Below are positions 23,948-32,727 of a stretch of 37,677 bases of DNA, piece by piece. The DNA comes from an uncultured Clostridia bacterium. GTDB taxonomy: Bacteria; Bacillota; Clostridia; Oscillospirales; Acutalibacteraceae. The DNA lies in contig CAMFTS010000001.1 of assembly GCA_945988915.1 (NCBI GenBank), positions 1 to 37,677 of the forward strand, written 5' to 3'. Below the pieces are notes generated by a model, which did no database searches, was not told the DNA's origin, and worked only from the letters and a program-made list of their open reading frames with translations. How positions within the stretch are numbered: the first letter of the stretch is position 1; each line of letters starts with the position of its first letter. A program made the position numbers and the translations under genes.

Positions 23948-26389
23948 TTAGACTATTTCTTCAAAAATGAACTTATCATCCTTGACCTTGCAGATATAAT
24001 TCTTGCCTTTTTCGATGTTTCCTCTGAGCATTTCTTCCGAAAGCAAATCTTCAATCTGACTTTGAATTGCTCTCTTCAACGGTCTTGCTCCGTAAATCTC
24101 ATCAAAGCCTGCGTCCGCAATTTTCTTAATTGCATTAAGTGAAAATTCCACTTTGATACCGAGCTTTTCGGTACGCTTGGAAAGATTGTTCAGCAGATTA
24201 TTTGCAATCTGCTTTATCTCATCCATTGAAAGCCTGTCGAAAACAATTATATCATCGATTCTGTTAAGGAATTCGGGACGGAAAGTATTCTTAAGCTCGT
24301 TATTAACAGCCTCTTTTATCATTTCTGCACTTCTCTTTTGTTCCTCGCCGGCATCGGCAAATCCGAATGCGTTTTGATTTTGTGTAATCAGCTTTGCACC
24401 GACATTGGAGGTCATAATAATTACGCTGTTTTTAAAATCGACCTTTCTGCCCTGAGAATCGGTCAGAACGCCGTCGTCAAGAATCTGTAAAAGCATATTA
24501 AAAATATCGGGATGCGCTTTTTCAATTTCATCAAACAGCACAACCGAATATGGCTTTGTCCTGATTTTTTCAGTAAGCTGACCGCCCTCGTCATAACCTA
24601 CATATCCGGGAGGAGAACCTACCAGGCGCGATACTGAATACTTTTCCATATATTCCGACATATCGAGCCTTATCATTGCATTTTCGTCGCCGAAAAGTGC
24701 CTCGGCAAGAGCCTTGCATAGCTCGGTTTTTCCTACGCCGGTCGGTCCGCAGAATATGAATGAGCCTATCGGCTTTTTCGGGTCTTTAAGCCCCGTTCTT
24801 GAACGCCTGATTGCTCTTGAAACCGCCTTAACAGCTTCGTCCTGACCCACAAGTCTTGAATGAAGTATTTCTTCCATATTCAACAGCCGTTCGCTTTCGT
24901 CCTGAGTCAACTGCTTTACGGGTACACCTGTCCAGGAAGAAATAATTTCAGCAATTTCTTTTTCTGTAACCTCTCCGTGAGCGTTGTCAGCCTTTGCCTG
25001 CCATTTTTCTTTTTCTTCGTTATATTTTTTCTCGATTTCGCTCTCCTCATCACGAAGTCTTGCTGCTTCTTCAAAGTCTTGCGAATTAACTGCGCTCAGT
25101 TTTCCTGCCCGAAGCTCCTTTTTCTTTTTTTCAAGTTCTTTAAGCTCCGGAGGAGTTGTAAAGGTTTTTAGCCTTACACGAGATGCGGCCTCATCTATAA
25201 GGTCTATCGCCTTGTCCGGCAAGAATCTGTCGCCTATATACCTTGTCGAAAGCTCTACTGCCTGCACAATAGCTTCGTCGGAAATCTTAACCTTGTGATG
25301 AGCCTCGTATTTATCACGAATACCCTTAAGGATTTCAACCGCTTCTTCCTTTGAGGGTTCGCCTACCGTTACAGGCTGAAATCTTCTTTCAAGAGCCGCG
25401 TCTTTTTCGATGTGCTTTCTGTATTCATCAATAGTAGTAGCACCGATAACCTGCAATTCGCCTCTTGCAAGCGACGGTTTGAGAATATTTGCCGCATCGA
25501 CAGCACCCTCTGCACTGCCTGTTCCGATAAGCGTATGAACCTCGTCAATGAATAGAATTATGTCATTTGAATTTCTTACATCTTCAATAACTTTTTTAAT
25601 TCTTTCCTCGAAATCGCCACGGTATTTTGTGCCTGCAACCATACTTGTCAGATCGAGCGAGAAAATCTTTTTGCCTTTCAGCATTTCAGGCACTTCGCCC
25701 GAAACAATTTTCAGCGCCAGTCCTTCTGCAACAGCCGTTTTGCCGACGCCCGGCTCACCGATAAGACAAGGATTATTCTTTGTTCTTCTGCTCAGTATTT
25801 GAATTACCCTATCGATTTCATCTTGCCGTCCTATTACGGGATCGATTTTTCCCTGTCTTGCAAGCTCGGTTAAATCTCTTGCAAACTGTGAAAGCGAATT
25901 TTCCTCAGTCTGCTTGTCGGAAGATGAATTCTTGCCGTGTGAGGCGGGAGAATTTATAAGCTTCTTAGATATTTCGCTTATTAAGTTTTCAGGTGAAATG
26001 CCCGAAGCATTAAGAATTTGAACCGCATAACACGAGCTGTCCCTTACGATTGCAAGTAAAATGTGTTCTGTGCCTGCAAGGGCGAAATTTGTACCCTGCG
26101 ACAGTGAAAGAGCCGTTTCAAGTATTCTCTTGCTTCTCGGTGTAAAATCTTCAGCACCGAGCTGTGTCGGAAGACCTACCCCGATTGTATGCCTGATATA
26201 TTCCTCCGCATTTGAATAATTCAGCTTTTTTGATGTCAGGACTAATCCTGCAACAGTCGAAGTGTCATAGAGTAAGCCTAACAGCAAATGCTCACTGCCG
26301 ATGTAAGTATGTCCCAATCTTTCAGCTACCTCAATAGCTTTGTTAAGAGCTCTGTTTGCTTTATCTGTAAAGCCTGTGAATTTATACAT
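23948..26389 (-). CDS. clpC: ATP-dependent Clp protease ATP-binding subunit ClpC
   Basis: 813 aa with an N-terminal Clp_N repeat and two AAA+ modules ([18 protein letters not shown]). It is the last gene of the ctsR-mcsA-mcsB-clpC operon. Confidence 0.97.
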   Translation of the reverse strand: MYKFTGFTDKANRALNKAIEVAERLGHTYIGSEHLLLGLLYDTSTVAGLVLTSKKLNYSNAEEYIRHTIGVGLPTQLGAEDFTPRSKRILETALSLSQGTNFALAGTEHILLAIVRDSSCYAVQILNASGISPENLISEISKKLINSPASHGKNSSSDKQTEENSLSQFARDLTELARQGKIDPVIGRQDEIDRVIQILSRRTKNNPCLIGEPGVGKTAVAEGLALKIVSGEVPEMLKGKKIFSLDLTSMVAGTKYRGDFEERIKKVIEDVRNSNDIILFIDEVHTLIGTGSAEGAVDAANILKPSLARGELQVIGATTIDEYRKHIEKDAALERRFQPVTVGEPSKEEAVEILKGIRDKYEAHHKVKISDEAIVQAVELSTRYIGDRFLPDKAIDLIDEAASRVRLKTFTTPPELKELEKKKKELRAGKLSAVNSQDFEEAARLRDEESEIEKKYNEEKEKWQAKADNAHGEVTEKEIAEIISSWTGVPVKQLTQDESERLLNMEEILHSRLVGQDEAVKAVSRAIRRSRTGLKDPKKPIGSFIFCGPTGVGKTELCKALAEALFGDENAMIRLDMSEYMEKYSVSRLVGSPPGYVGYDEGGQLTEKIRTKPYSVVLFDEIEKAHPDIFNMLLQILDDGVLTDSQGRKVDFKNSVIIMTSNVGAKLITQNQNAFGFADAGEEQKRSAEMIKEAVNNELKNTFRPEFLNRIDDIIVFDRLSMDEIKQIANNLLNNLSKRTEKLGIKVEFSLNAIKKIADAGFDEIYGARPLKRAIQSQIEDLLSEEMLRGNIEKGKNYICKVKDDKFIFEEIV

Positions 26390-26421
26390 ATCGCTCAGTC
26401 CTTTCTTATCTTAAATTTAAA

Positions 26422-26452
26422 ATCGGTACAAGCCAAACTGACCTGTACCGAT
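26422..26452 (-). other. Intercistronic hairpin between mcsB and clpC
   Basis: A 9-bp stem atcggtaca/tgtaccgat with a 13-nt loop, followed on the minus strand by TTTTAAATTT. Confidence 0.4.
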
Positions 26453-26456
26453 ATGT

Positions 26457-27455
26457 TCAGATTTTTTCCCTTACGATTTTTGCCCTTTCAACATTTCTTT
26501 CGTCTGCCGACAGTGTTCTGCCGACAAAAGCATTTATTGTTGCAGGCTGCATTGAAACCATAAGTTCATTAATCACCTTAAGGTCAGTTTTAATCATTCC
26601 CGTAACTGCGCCGAACCGCACCTTCGAGATTAGATTCATAAATTCTTTTGTACTCAATATTCTTGCCGATTTCAATATTCCGTATGCTCTGAAAACTGCA
26701 TCTTCGGTAACAATATTTTTTGCCATTTCCTCTCTTGCCGTTCTTTCCTGTGCCGCAAGCTGCAAAGTAATAGTTTTGAGATTATCAACAGCGGCCTTTT
26801 CGGATATGCCGAGTGATACTTGATTGCTCAGCTGATAAAGATCGCCCATAGCAAGTCCGCCTTCTCCGTATGCTCCTCTCAAGGTTAAGCCAAGCTTTGA
26901 TACAGTTGTTGCAAGCGTTCCCATTTGTCCTTTTTGAGTAAGCGCGGGAAGATGAAGCATTACCGACGCTCTCATTCCTGTACCCAAATTTGTCGGACAC
27001 TGTGTAAGATATCCTAAATTTTCATCGAATGCATATTCAAGCTTCTCGTTTATCTCTTCGTCGATTCTGTTTGCCAATTCATATGCTTCATTTAAAGAGA
27101 GGCCTGATTTCATAACCTGTAAACGAATATGATCCTCTTCGCAAAGCATTATGCTGATATCTTCATTTTCCGACATAAGCAACGCCCTGCCGTCTGAGTT
27201 TGATGCAAATTCAGGACTGATAATATGACGCTCCGCAAGTGATACCACTTCTGCTCTTGTCAGGGTTTTCAGCTCTGTATAATTAAGCTTTTCCTTATCC
27301 TTCAGCGCGTCACGGATTTTTTCGTTAATCTCAATTTTGGATTTATTGTCAAGTCTTACGGGGAAAGGATAATCCGCAATATTTCTCGCAAGTCTTATTC
27401 TTGTTGAAATAACTATATCATTGTGATCGCCTTCGCCTAAATACCACTTACTCAT
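26457..27455 (-). CDS. mcsB: Protein arginine kinase McsB
   Basis: 332 aa with the guanido-phosphotransferase signature CPTNLGTGMRASV. Its start overlaps the mcsA stop. Confidence 0.93.
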   Translation of the reverse strand: MSKWYLGEGDHNDIVISTRIRLARNIADYPFPVRLDNKSKIEINEKIRDALKDKEKLNYTELKTLTRAEVVSLAERHIISPEFASNSDGRALLMSENEDISIMLCEEDHIRLQVMKSGLSLNEAYELANRIDEEINEKLEYAFDENLGYLTQCPTNLGTGMRASVMLHLPALTQKGQMGTLATTVSKLGLTLRGAYGEGGLAMGDLYQLSNQVSLGISEKAAVDNLKTITLQLAAQERTAREEMAKNIVTEDAVFRAYGILKSARILSTKEFMNLISKVRFGAVTGMIKTDLKVINELMVSMQPATINAFVGRTLSADERNVERAKIVREKI

Positions 27456-27954
27456 TTACTTTTCCCTCGCTTTCAAGCTCTTTAATTCTGTCACGAAGCT
27501 GTGCAGCCTTTTCATAATTCTGAGCAGCTACCGCTTCGTCAAGTTCATTCTGAAGTTTACTGATTTCGTTTTCCGTCTTCAGTTGCTCAGTACCGTTGGG
27601 AATTTTTCCTTCGTGAACCGTTCTGCCGTGTATTCTTTCAAGCGACGGCATAAGCTTATCATAAAAGGTCCTGTAACAGTCCGCACAACCGATTTTACCG
27701 CTTCTTACGATATCGTTAAATGTACTTCCGCACTTTTCACAGCGCAAGGTATGACCTCCGAGCATGGTAGCCGTTGCGTCATTAAAGAATGAGCTTAACA
27801 TATCGGAAAAATTAAATCCGAAATCCGAAAAAGCTGAATCGTATCCCAGACTCTTTGCACAGTCGGAGCACAAATGCGACTGAGTGGTTTCACCGTTAAT
27901 AATTCTTTTAATATGTGTTGTTGCTTCGTTTTTCTGACAGTTTTGACATAACAT
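27448..27954 (-). CDS. mcsA: McsA, activator of McsB (UvrB/C-motif protein)
   Basis: 168 aa with four CxxC pairs (CQNC, CSDC, CEKC, CADC) and a C-terminal UVR-like segment (LDEAVAAQNYEKAAQLRDRIKELE). Confidence 0.9.
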   Translation of the reverse strand: MLCQNCQKNEATTHIKRIINGETTQSHLCSDCAKSLGYDSAFSDFGFNFSDMLSSFFNDATATMLGGHTLRCEKCGSTFNDIVRSGKIGCADCYRTFYDKLMPSLERIHGRTVHEGKIPNGTEQLKTENEISKLQNELDEAVAAQNYEKAAQLRDRIKELESEGKVNE

Positions 27955-27970
27955 AGTTCTTCTCTCCTTT

Positions 27971-28423
27971 TCAGTTCATTGTTGCCAGAAGCATCTGCTT
28001 GAGCATTGTAGCTCTGAAAATATCCCGCACATCTTCAGGCAAATCTCTGTAATTCTTATCTGCTGTTGCCGTGATAATAAGCTTTGCTTGTTCGTCACTT
28101 AAAAGTCCCCTGTCATATAAGTTGACGACATTTGCACGGCATATCTTTTCATCTATCCTTGAGCCGATTGAATTTATAAGATGCATTTTAAGAGTTGAAA
28201 GGTCATAATTTGCTCTTGTAATTCTGATATAACCTCCGCCGCCTCTGTGGCTTTCAACAATGTAGCCGTGTTCGGGCGTAAAACGCGAAGCTATAACATA
28301 ATTTATCTGACTTGGTACACAACCGATTCTTTGCGCTAAATCGTTTCTTCGGATTTCCGCTGTGCTGTCACCGTCGTCAAGCATCTTTATTATCATATCA
28401 GCTATTTCTTTACTTAAATTCAT
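27971..28423 (-). CDS. ctsR: Class III stress-gene repressor CtsR
   Basis: 150 aa from the ATG at 28423 (MNLSKEIADMI...). The ORF-track N-terminal extension (TTG at 28474) is the translation of the CtsR operator DNA itself. Confidence 0.92.
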   Translation of the reverse strand: MNLSKEIADMIIKMLDDGDSTAEIRRNDLAQRIGCVPSQINYVIASRFTPEHGYIVESHRGGGGYIRITRANYDLSTLKMHLINSIGSRIDEKICRANVVNLYDRGLLSDEQAKLIITATADKNYRDLPEDVRDIFRATMLKQMLLATMN

Positions 28424-28443
28424 ATTTTCTCTCTCGCCTCTTC

Positions 28444-28525
28444 TTTGACTTTGACTATCTTTGACCTTTAACAATTACAATTATAGTCTTCCTGATTATT
28501 TTGTCAAAGGTCAAAAAAGGTCAAA
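28444..28525 (-). promoter_or_regulatory. ctsR operon promoter flanked by two CtsR operators
   Basis: On the minus strand: -35 TTGACA (28502-28507), a 16-nt spacer, and -10 TATAAT (28480-28485). The upstream box AGGTCAAAAAAGGTCAAA reads on the plus strand at 28508-28525 and abuts the -35. The downstream box GGTCAAAGATAGTCAAAGTCAAA reads on the minus strand at 28444-28466, after the -10. Confidence 0.85.
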
Positions 28526-28531
28526 TTTGCA

Positions 28532-28705
28532 TTAAAACCATTCATTTTCCTCATCAAACAAGTTGATATCTTCAATTTTCTCGTTTTTTCTTTTATTTTT
28601 AAATGTTACCTTTTCCACATTATATACCGTTCTTTCGCCGTAAGGGTCCTCATTTATTTCAAGCGGATATTCAAGCCCGTTGTCATATTCATTTGAGTTA
28701 TTCAT
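28532..28705 (-). CDS. Unannotated small ORF, 57-aa acidic protein (hypothetical)
   Basis: Translated by hand as MNNSNEYDNGLEYPLEINEDPYGERTVYNVEKVTFKNKRKNEKIEDINLFDEENEWF. The SD GGAGGA lies 7 nt before the ATG at 28705. It falls below the 60-aa cutoff of the ORF track. Confidence 0.4.
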   Translation of the reverse strand: MNNSNEYDNGLEYPLEINEDPYGERTVYNVEKVTFKNKRKNEKIEDINLFDEENEWF

Positions 28706-28836
28706 TTAAAAATCCTCCGTTAATACTTTTTTTCATATTATTAGTTTACTCAGAAAAAAATATTTTAATTCACTTTTAACAAATTTTTTTTGTTCTCATA
28801 AGATGATAATGAAGTACTCAGAAGGGAGGCACAACG

Positions 28837-28953
28837 ATGAATTTTTTCTCAAACAATAACTGCCTTATCGTTCTCGTTATCATCATCCTTTTGGTCAGCG
28901 CAGATAACAACGATTGCTGCAGATGCGAACGTCAGATGGGTCCTTGCTGCTAA
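28837..28953 (+). CDS. Unannotated micropeptide, 38 aa: one hydrophobic helix plus a Cys-rich tail (six Cys)
   Basis: MNFFSNNNCLIVLVIIILLVSADNNDCCRCERQMGPCC. The SD GGGAGG (28824-28829) lies 7 nt before the ATG. A possible promoter is TTAACA-17-TAAGAT (28776-28803). A strong terminator follows. Confidence 0.45.
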   Translation: MNFFSNNNCLIVLVIIILLVSADNNDCCRCERQMGPCC

Positions 28954-28965
28954 CAGCATTTAACA

Positions 28966-28999
28966 AAGAAGGCTGATGCTTTTCAGCATCAGCCTTCTT
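28966..28999. terminator. Bidirectional terminator for the micropeptide (plus) and the end of the rnf operon (minus)
   Basis: A perfect 14-bp stem aagaaggctgatgc/gcatcagccttctt with a 6-nt loop. Confidence 0.8.
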
Positions 29000-29019
29000 A
29001 CTTATTATTCTTTACAGTA

Positions 29020-29823
29020 TTAACCTAAATTCACTATATGAATTGCTTTAATCGGACATGTTTCGGCACATTTGCCGCAGCCTGTGCATTTGTCATAATC
29101 AACATGAGCGGTATTGTTTTCAACCTTGATAGCTTCAAATTCACAAACCTTAGTGCATTTCATACAGCCGATACAGCCGGCAGAACATTCTTTTCTTGTA
29201 AATGCACCCTTGTTGTGATTTTTACAAGTAACAATCGCTTTTGTCTTATGAAGCGGTATCAATTCTATAAGATGCTTCGGGCAAGTGTTAACACATCTCT
29301 TGCAAGCCGCACATTTCATAGGGTCAACTCTTGCTACGCCCTCGCAAATACTGATTGCGCCGAAGTCACAAACATTCAAGCAGTCGCCGTAGCCGATACA
29401 ACCGTAAACGCACTCTTTAGGACCGCCGAAAAGCTGAGCAGCCATTTGGCAGCTCATAACGCCTTTATAGTCAAGCTTGTATTTTGAATTAGTATGTGTG
29501 CCGTTACAGTGAACGAAAGCCGCCATAGGTTCAATAGAACCTGCTTCAACGCCTAAAACGGCAGCGATTTCACTTGCAACATCATTTCCGCCCGGTGCGC
29601 AAAGATTTGTCTGTGTTGCTTCACCTGAAGAAAGAGCGGCCGCATATCCGTCACAGCCTGAAAAACCACAGGCACCGCAGTTTGCTCCGGGAAGACATTC
29701 TCTGATTTTCTCTGCTGTTTCATCCTTAGGAACTGCCATAACGACCGATGCTATTGAGAGTCCCACGCCTGCAACAAGACCGATTGCGGCAACAAGAATA
29801 ACTGCTAATAAAATAGGATTCAT
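29020..29823 (-). CDS. rnfB: Rnf complex subunit B (ferredoxin-type iron-sulfur subunit)
   Basis: Has an N-terminal TM helix, the CGACGFSGCDGYA cluster and several CxxCxxCxxxCP ferredoxin motifs. The ATG at 29823 (MNPILLAV) is preceded by AAGGAGGG 9 nt upstream. The ORF-track start at 29862 overlaps rnfA. Confidence 0.93.
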   Translation of the reverse strand: MNPILLAVILVAAIGLVAGVGLSIASVVMAVPKDETAEKIRECLPGANCGACGFSGCDGYAAALSSGEATQTNLCAPGGNDVASEIAAVLGVEAGSIEPMAAFVHCNGTHTNSKYKLDYKGVMSCQMAAQLFGGPKECVYGCIGYGDCLNVCDFGAISICEGVARVDPMKCAACKRCVNTCPKHLIELIPLHKTKAIVTCKNHNKGAFTRKECSAGCIGCMKCTKVCEFEAIKVENNTAHVDYDKCTGCGKCAETCPIKAIHIVNLG

Positions 29824-29839
29824 AATCTGCCGCCCTCCT

Positions 29840-30427
29840 TTATGCAAACATATTCTCAACAAGTCCCGTAAATCCGAGGAAAGACAAAGAAGTCAGACTT
29901 GCCGCGATAAGTGTAATCGGAAGTCCCTGCAGGAATTTCGGAACCTGACAGGATTCAAGTCTTGAGCGAACACCCGCAAACATTACCATAGCGACCATAA
30001 AGCCAAGACCTGCACCCAAAGAATTTATCATAGCGTGTGCAAAGGAATATCCGCTGTCAATGTTAAGGATTGTAACGCCGAGAACCGCACAGTTTGTTGT
30101 GATAAGCGGAAGATATATTCCCAAAGAAGCATAAAGAGCAGGGATATACTTTTTAAGTACAATTTCAACAAGCTGAACGAGAGCGGCAATAACAAGAATA
30201 AATACTATTGTCTGCAAATATCCGAGATCGTGATTTTCAAGGAAAGTATTAAGCGGATATGTAACTGCCGAAGCAAGCATCATAACAAATATAACTGCCG
30301 CAGACATACCGACCGCCGTATTTAATTTCTTTGAAACGCCGAGGAAAGGACAAATTCCCAAAAACTTTGAAAGAATGTAGTTATTGGTAAGGATAGCGGT
30401 TAAAAGAATAGAAAAGAATATTTTCAT
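29840..30427 (-). CDS. rnfA: Rnf complex subunit A
   Basis: A 195-aa polytopic membrane protein that looks like RnfA/NqrE, in the expected position within rnfCDGEAB. Confidence 0.92.
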   Translation of the reverse strand: MKIFFSILLTAILTNNYILSKFLGICPFLGVSKKLNTAVGMSAAVIFVMMLASAVTYPLNTFLENHDLGYLQTIVFILVIAALVQLVEIVLKKYIPALYASLGIYLPLITTNCAVLGVTILNIDSGYSFAHAMINSLGAGLGFMVAMVMFAGVRSRLESCQVPKFLQGLPITLIAASLTSLSFLGFTGLVENMFA

Positions 30428-31134
30428 GATTCAACAGTCTCCTTTCCCTCTTTTTCGCAAGCGTCGCCTTTTGCAAGCTTTTGACAGGTATCTGCCATTG
30501 GACAGGCCTTGCATCCGCCAAGCTCTGCCTTTTTGCCTCCGCCCATTTCGGCAAGCTTGTTGGCACAAGCCATTACAAGACCGAAAACGAAGAATCCGCC
30601 CGGTGCCAGAACAAAAATTGTCATAGCGGGGAAAGGAAGTAAAGCGTGACCTAAAAGTGAGCCTGCTCCGAACAATTCACGAACTGCACTGATAACAATA
30701 AGTGCTACCGTAAAGCCTATACCCATACCAAGACCGTCAACTGCGGAAGCAACTACGCTGTTCTTTCCCGCAAATGCTTCGGCTCTGCCGAGGATAATAC
30801 AGTTAACAACGATAAGCGGAAGATAAACGCCTAACTGCTCATCAAGTGACGGAACGAATGCTTTGACAAGCATCTGAACTATTGTAACGAACGCCGCAAT
30901 AACAACGATATAGCAAGGAATTCTGACCTTTTGCGGAATTACCTTACGAAGTGCTGAAATAACGATATTTGAGCATACCAAAACAATAGCCGCCGAAATG
31001 CCCATACCGATTGCACTTTCCATTGAGGTTGTGGTTGCGAGTGTAGGACAGGTACCGAGAACGAGTCTTAAAACCGGATTTTCTTTTATGATACCTTTTG
31101 TAAACTCTTCTCTTAAAGTTTTCTGTTTAGCCAT
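30424..31134 (-). CDS. rnfE: Rnf complex subunit E, with a Cys-containing C-terminal tail
   Basis: A polytopic RnfE/NqrD-like protein. The ATG at 31134 (MAKQKT) is preceded by GGAGGTG. The ORF-track GTG at 31143 contains the SD. Confidence 0.9.
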   Translation of the reverse strand: MAKQKTLREEFTKGIIKENPVLRLVLGTCPTLATTTSMESAIGMGISAAIVLVCSNIVISALRKVIPQKVRIPCYIVVIAAFVTIVQMLVKAFVPSLDEQLGVYLPLIVVNCIILGRAEAFAGKNSVVASAVDGLGMGIGFTVALIVISAVRELFGAGSLLGHALLPFPAMTIFVLAPGGFFVFGLVMACANKLAEMGGGKKAELGGCKACPMADTCQKLAKGDACEKEGKETVES

Positions 31135-31708
31135 CGTTCTCACCTCCTACCTGAGTGTAAAGGTTTTGCGCAATATTAACTGCGTTTGTCATAGCCTTTG
31201 AGGTAATTGTAGCGCCTGTAAGCGCCTGAATTTCATCTTCTGCGGGAGTACCGTTTTTAATAACGCTCAGCTCCCCGGATTTTCCGTTGTACTGATTCAG
31301 GAAAGAATCATTCTTTGCGTTCATTCCGAGGCCTGCCGTTTCACTTATTGAAAGAATAGAAACGCCCTTTATTACGCCGTTTGAATCAATACCTACCATT
31401 ACATCTATATCTCCGCCGTAACCCTTTGCAGAGGTAGAGAACACATATCCGATAATTTTTCCCGAACCGTCAAGTCCTTCATAATAGGTGTATTCACTAC
31501 CATCAAGTGAAGCGGATTTTGCATCTGAAAATGACTTTGCATCTGCAAGTACCTCATTTTTTGTTCTGTTTTCGGTTTCAACCGCAAGCTGTGAAATTTT
31601 CGGAGCAGTAACCTGATTGGTCAGAGCAAGCAAGGCTGTAACTGCAGCACATATTAAAAAGAGGGATACAGCGGGAACAACTATTTCTTTTACTTTAGAA
31701 TTTTTCAT
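31127..31708 (-). CDS. rnfG: Rnf complex subunit G (FMN-binding)
   Basis: 193 aa with an N-terminal membrane anchor and the FMN attachment-type motif LTGATITSKA. Confidence 0.92.
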   Translation of the reverse strand: MKNSKVKEIVVPAVSLFLICAAVTALLALTNQVTAPKISQLAVETENRTKNEVLADAKSFSDAKSASLDGSEYTYYEGLDGSGKIIGYVFSTSAKGYGGDIDVMVGIDSNGVIKGVSILSISETAGLGMNAKNDSFLNQYNGKSGELSVIKNGTPAEDEIQALTGATITSKAMTNAVNIAQNLYTQVGGENDG

Positions 31709-32727
31709 TTTGCCGCCTCCTCTTTCTGCTTTTTCTCTTTAACCGTGCCGAAAGGCTTCGGAGTAGTAAGTGTTTCTATGTGAGGAACAAGAATATTCAT
31801 AAGAATAATAGAGAAGGATACGCCCTCCGGAAGTGAACCGAAAATTCTTATAAGCGAAGTAAGGATACCGCAGCCGATTGCAAAAACGATTTTGCCTTTT
31901 GTCTTGATAGGTGAAGTCGTATAGTCGGTTGCCATAAATACAGCACCGAGCATTAAACCGCCTGAAAGGAGCTGATATGCAACGAACTGCAGGTTACCTT
32001 TGCCTGCAATAAGCATAATTAAAGCGACCGTTCCTATGTAATAAAGAGGAATTCTCGGAGAAATAACCTTTCTTATACAAAGATAAATACCTCCGAGTAT
32101 AAGCGCTGCGGCACAGGTTTCACCTAAACAGCCGCCGCAAATACCGAAAAACATTTGTGCAAGAGTGGGCATTTCCGAGCTGTTCATCGCAGAAACAACA
32201 CCGTCAGGCGTATAGCTTCCCGCGAACTGTGCCAGAGGCGTTGCGCTTGTAACCGCATCAACATTCGGCATTCTCCACGCAAAAGGCTGAACGAAGCTGT
32301 TTGTATAAGTCGGGAATGAGGTCATAAGAACAATTCTGCCGACTAAAGCAGGATTTACAAAGTTTTGACCTATACCGCCGAAAAACTGCTTAACAACAAC
32401 TATTGCAACCGCGTCACCGATAACAACCATCCATAACGGCATGGTAGAGGGAAGATTAAATGCTAAAAGTATGCCTGTAACAACGGCTGAAAAATCGCCG
32501 AGAGTATTATTTCTTTTCATTACCTTACGGCAAATGTATTCAAGTACAACACAGGCAATAACACTTGTTGCCACAACCAACAATGAACGGAATCCGAAAA
32601 GTACAACCGAAAGGACAAGTGCCGGCATTAAAGCAATAATGACATCAATCATTATTCCGCCTGTTGTGTCTTCTGTTCGTCTGTGCGGTGAGGCACTGAC
32701 GGTTAAGATTTTATTTTCTTCACTCAT
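31705..32727 (-). CDS. rnfD: Rnf complex subunit D
   Basis: A 340-aa polytopic membrane protein with the VTSATPL flavinylation-type motif. Confidence 0.93.
   Translation of the reverse strand: MSEENKILTVSASPHRRTEDTTGGIMIDVIIALMPALVLSVVLFGFRSLLVVATSVIACVVLEYICRKVMKRNNTLGDFSAVVTGILLAFNLPSTMPLWMVVIGDAVAIVVVKQFFGGIGQNFVNPALVGRIVLMTSFPTYTNSFVQPFAWRMPNVDAVTSATPLAQFAGSYTPDGVVSAMNSSEMPTLAQMFFGICGGCLGETCAAALILGGIYLCIRKVISPRIPLYYIGTVALIMLIAGKGNLQFVAYQLLSGGLMLGAVFMATDYTTSPIKTKGKIVFAIGCGILTSLIRIFGSLPEGVSFSIILMNILVPHIETLTTPKPFGTVKEKKQKEEAAK

Noticed and set aside
28837-28953. The six-Cys micropeptide as a SCIFF/ranthipeptide-type RiPP precursor.
   Set aside because: SCIFF peptides, as I recall them, are hydrophilic with a conserved GGCGECQTSC-like core and sit next to a dedicated radical SAM maturase. 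This peptide has a hydrophobic helix and no such core. The only radical SAM gene (4727-5728) is 24 kb away in a housekeeping operon.
28706-29019. The micropeptide as a type I toxin with an antisense RNA antitoxin.
   Set aside because: Its size and hydrophobic helix fit. However, I find no convincing convergent promoter or antisense transcription unit overlapping it. The only minus-strand transcription nearby (rnf) should stop at the 14-bp terminator at 28966-28999. It stays an open possibility inside the finding and is not called.
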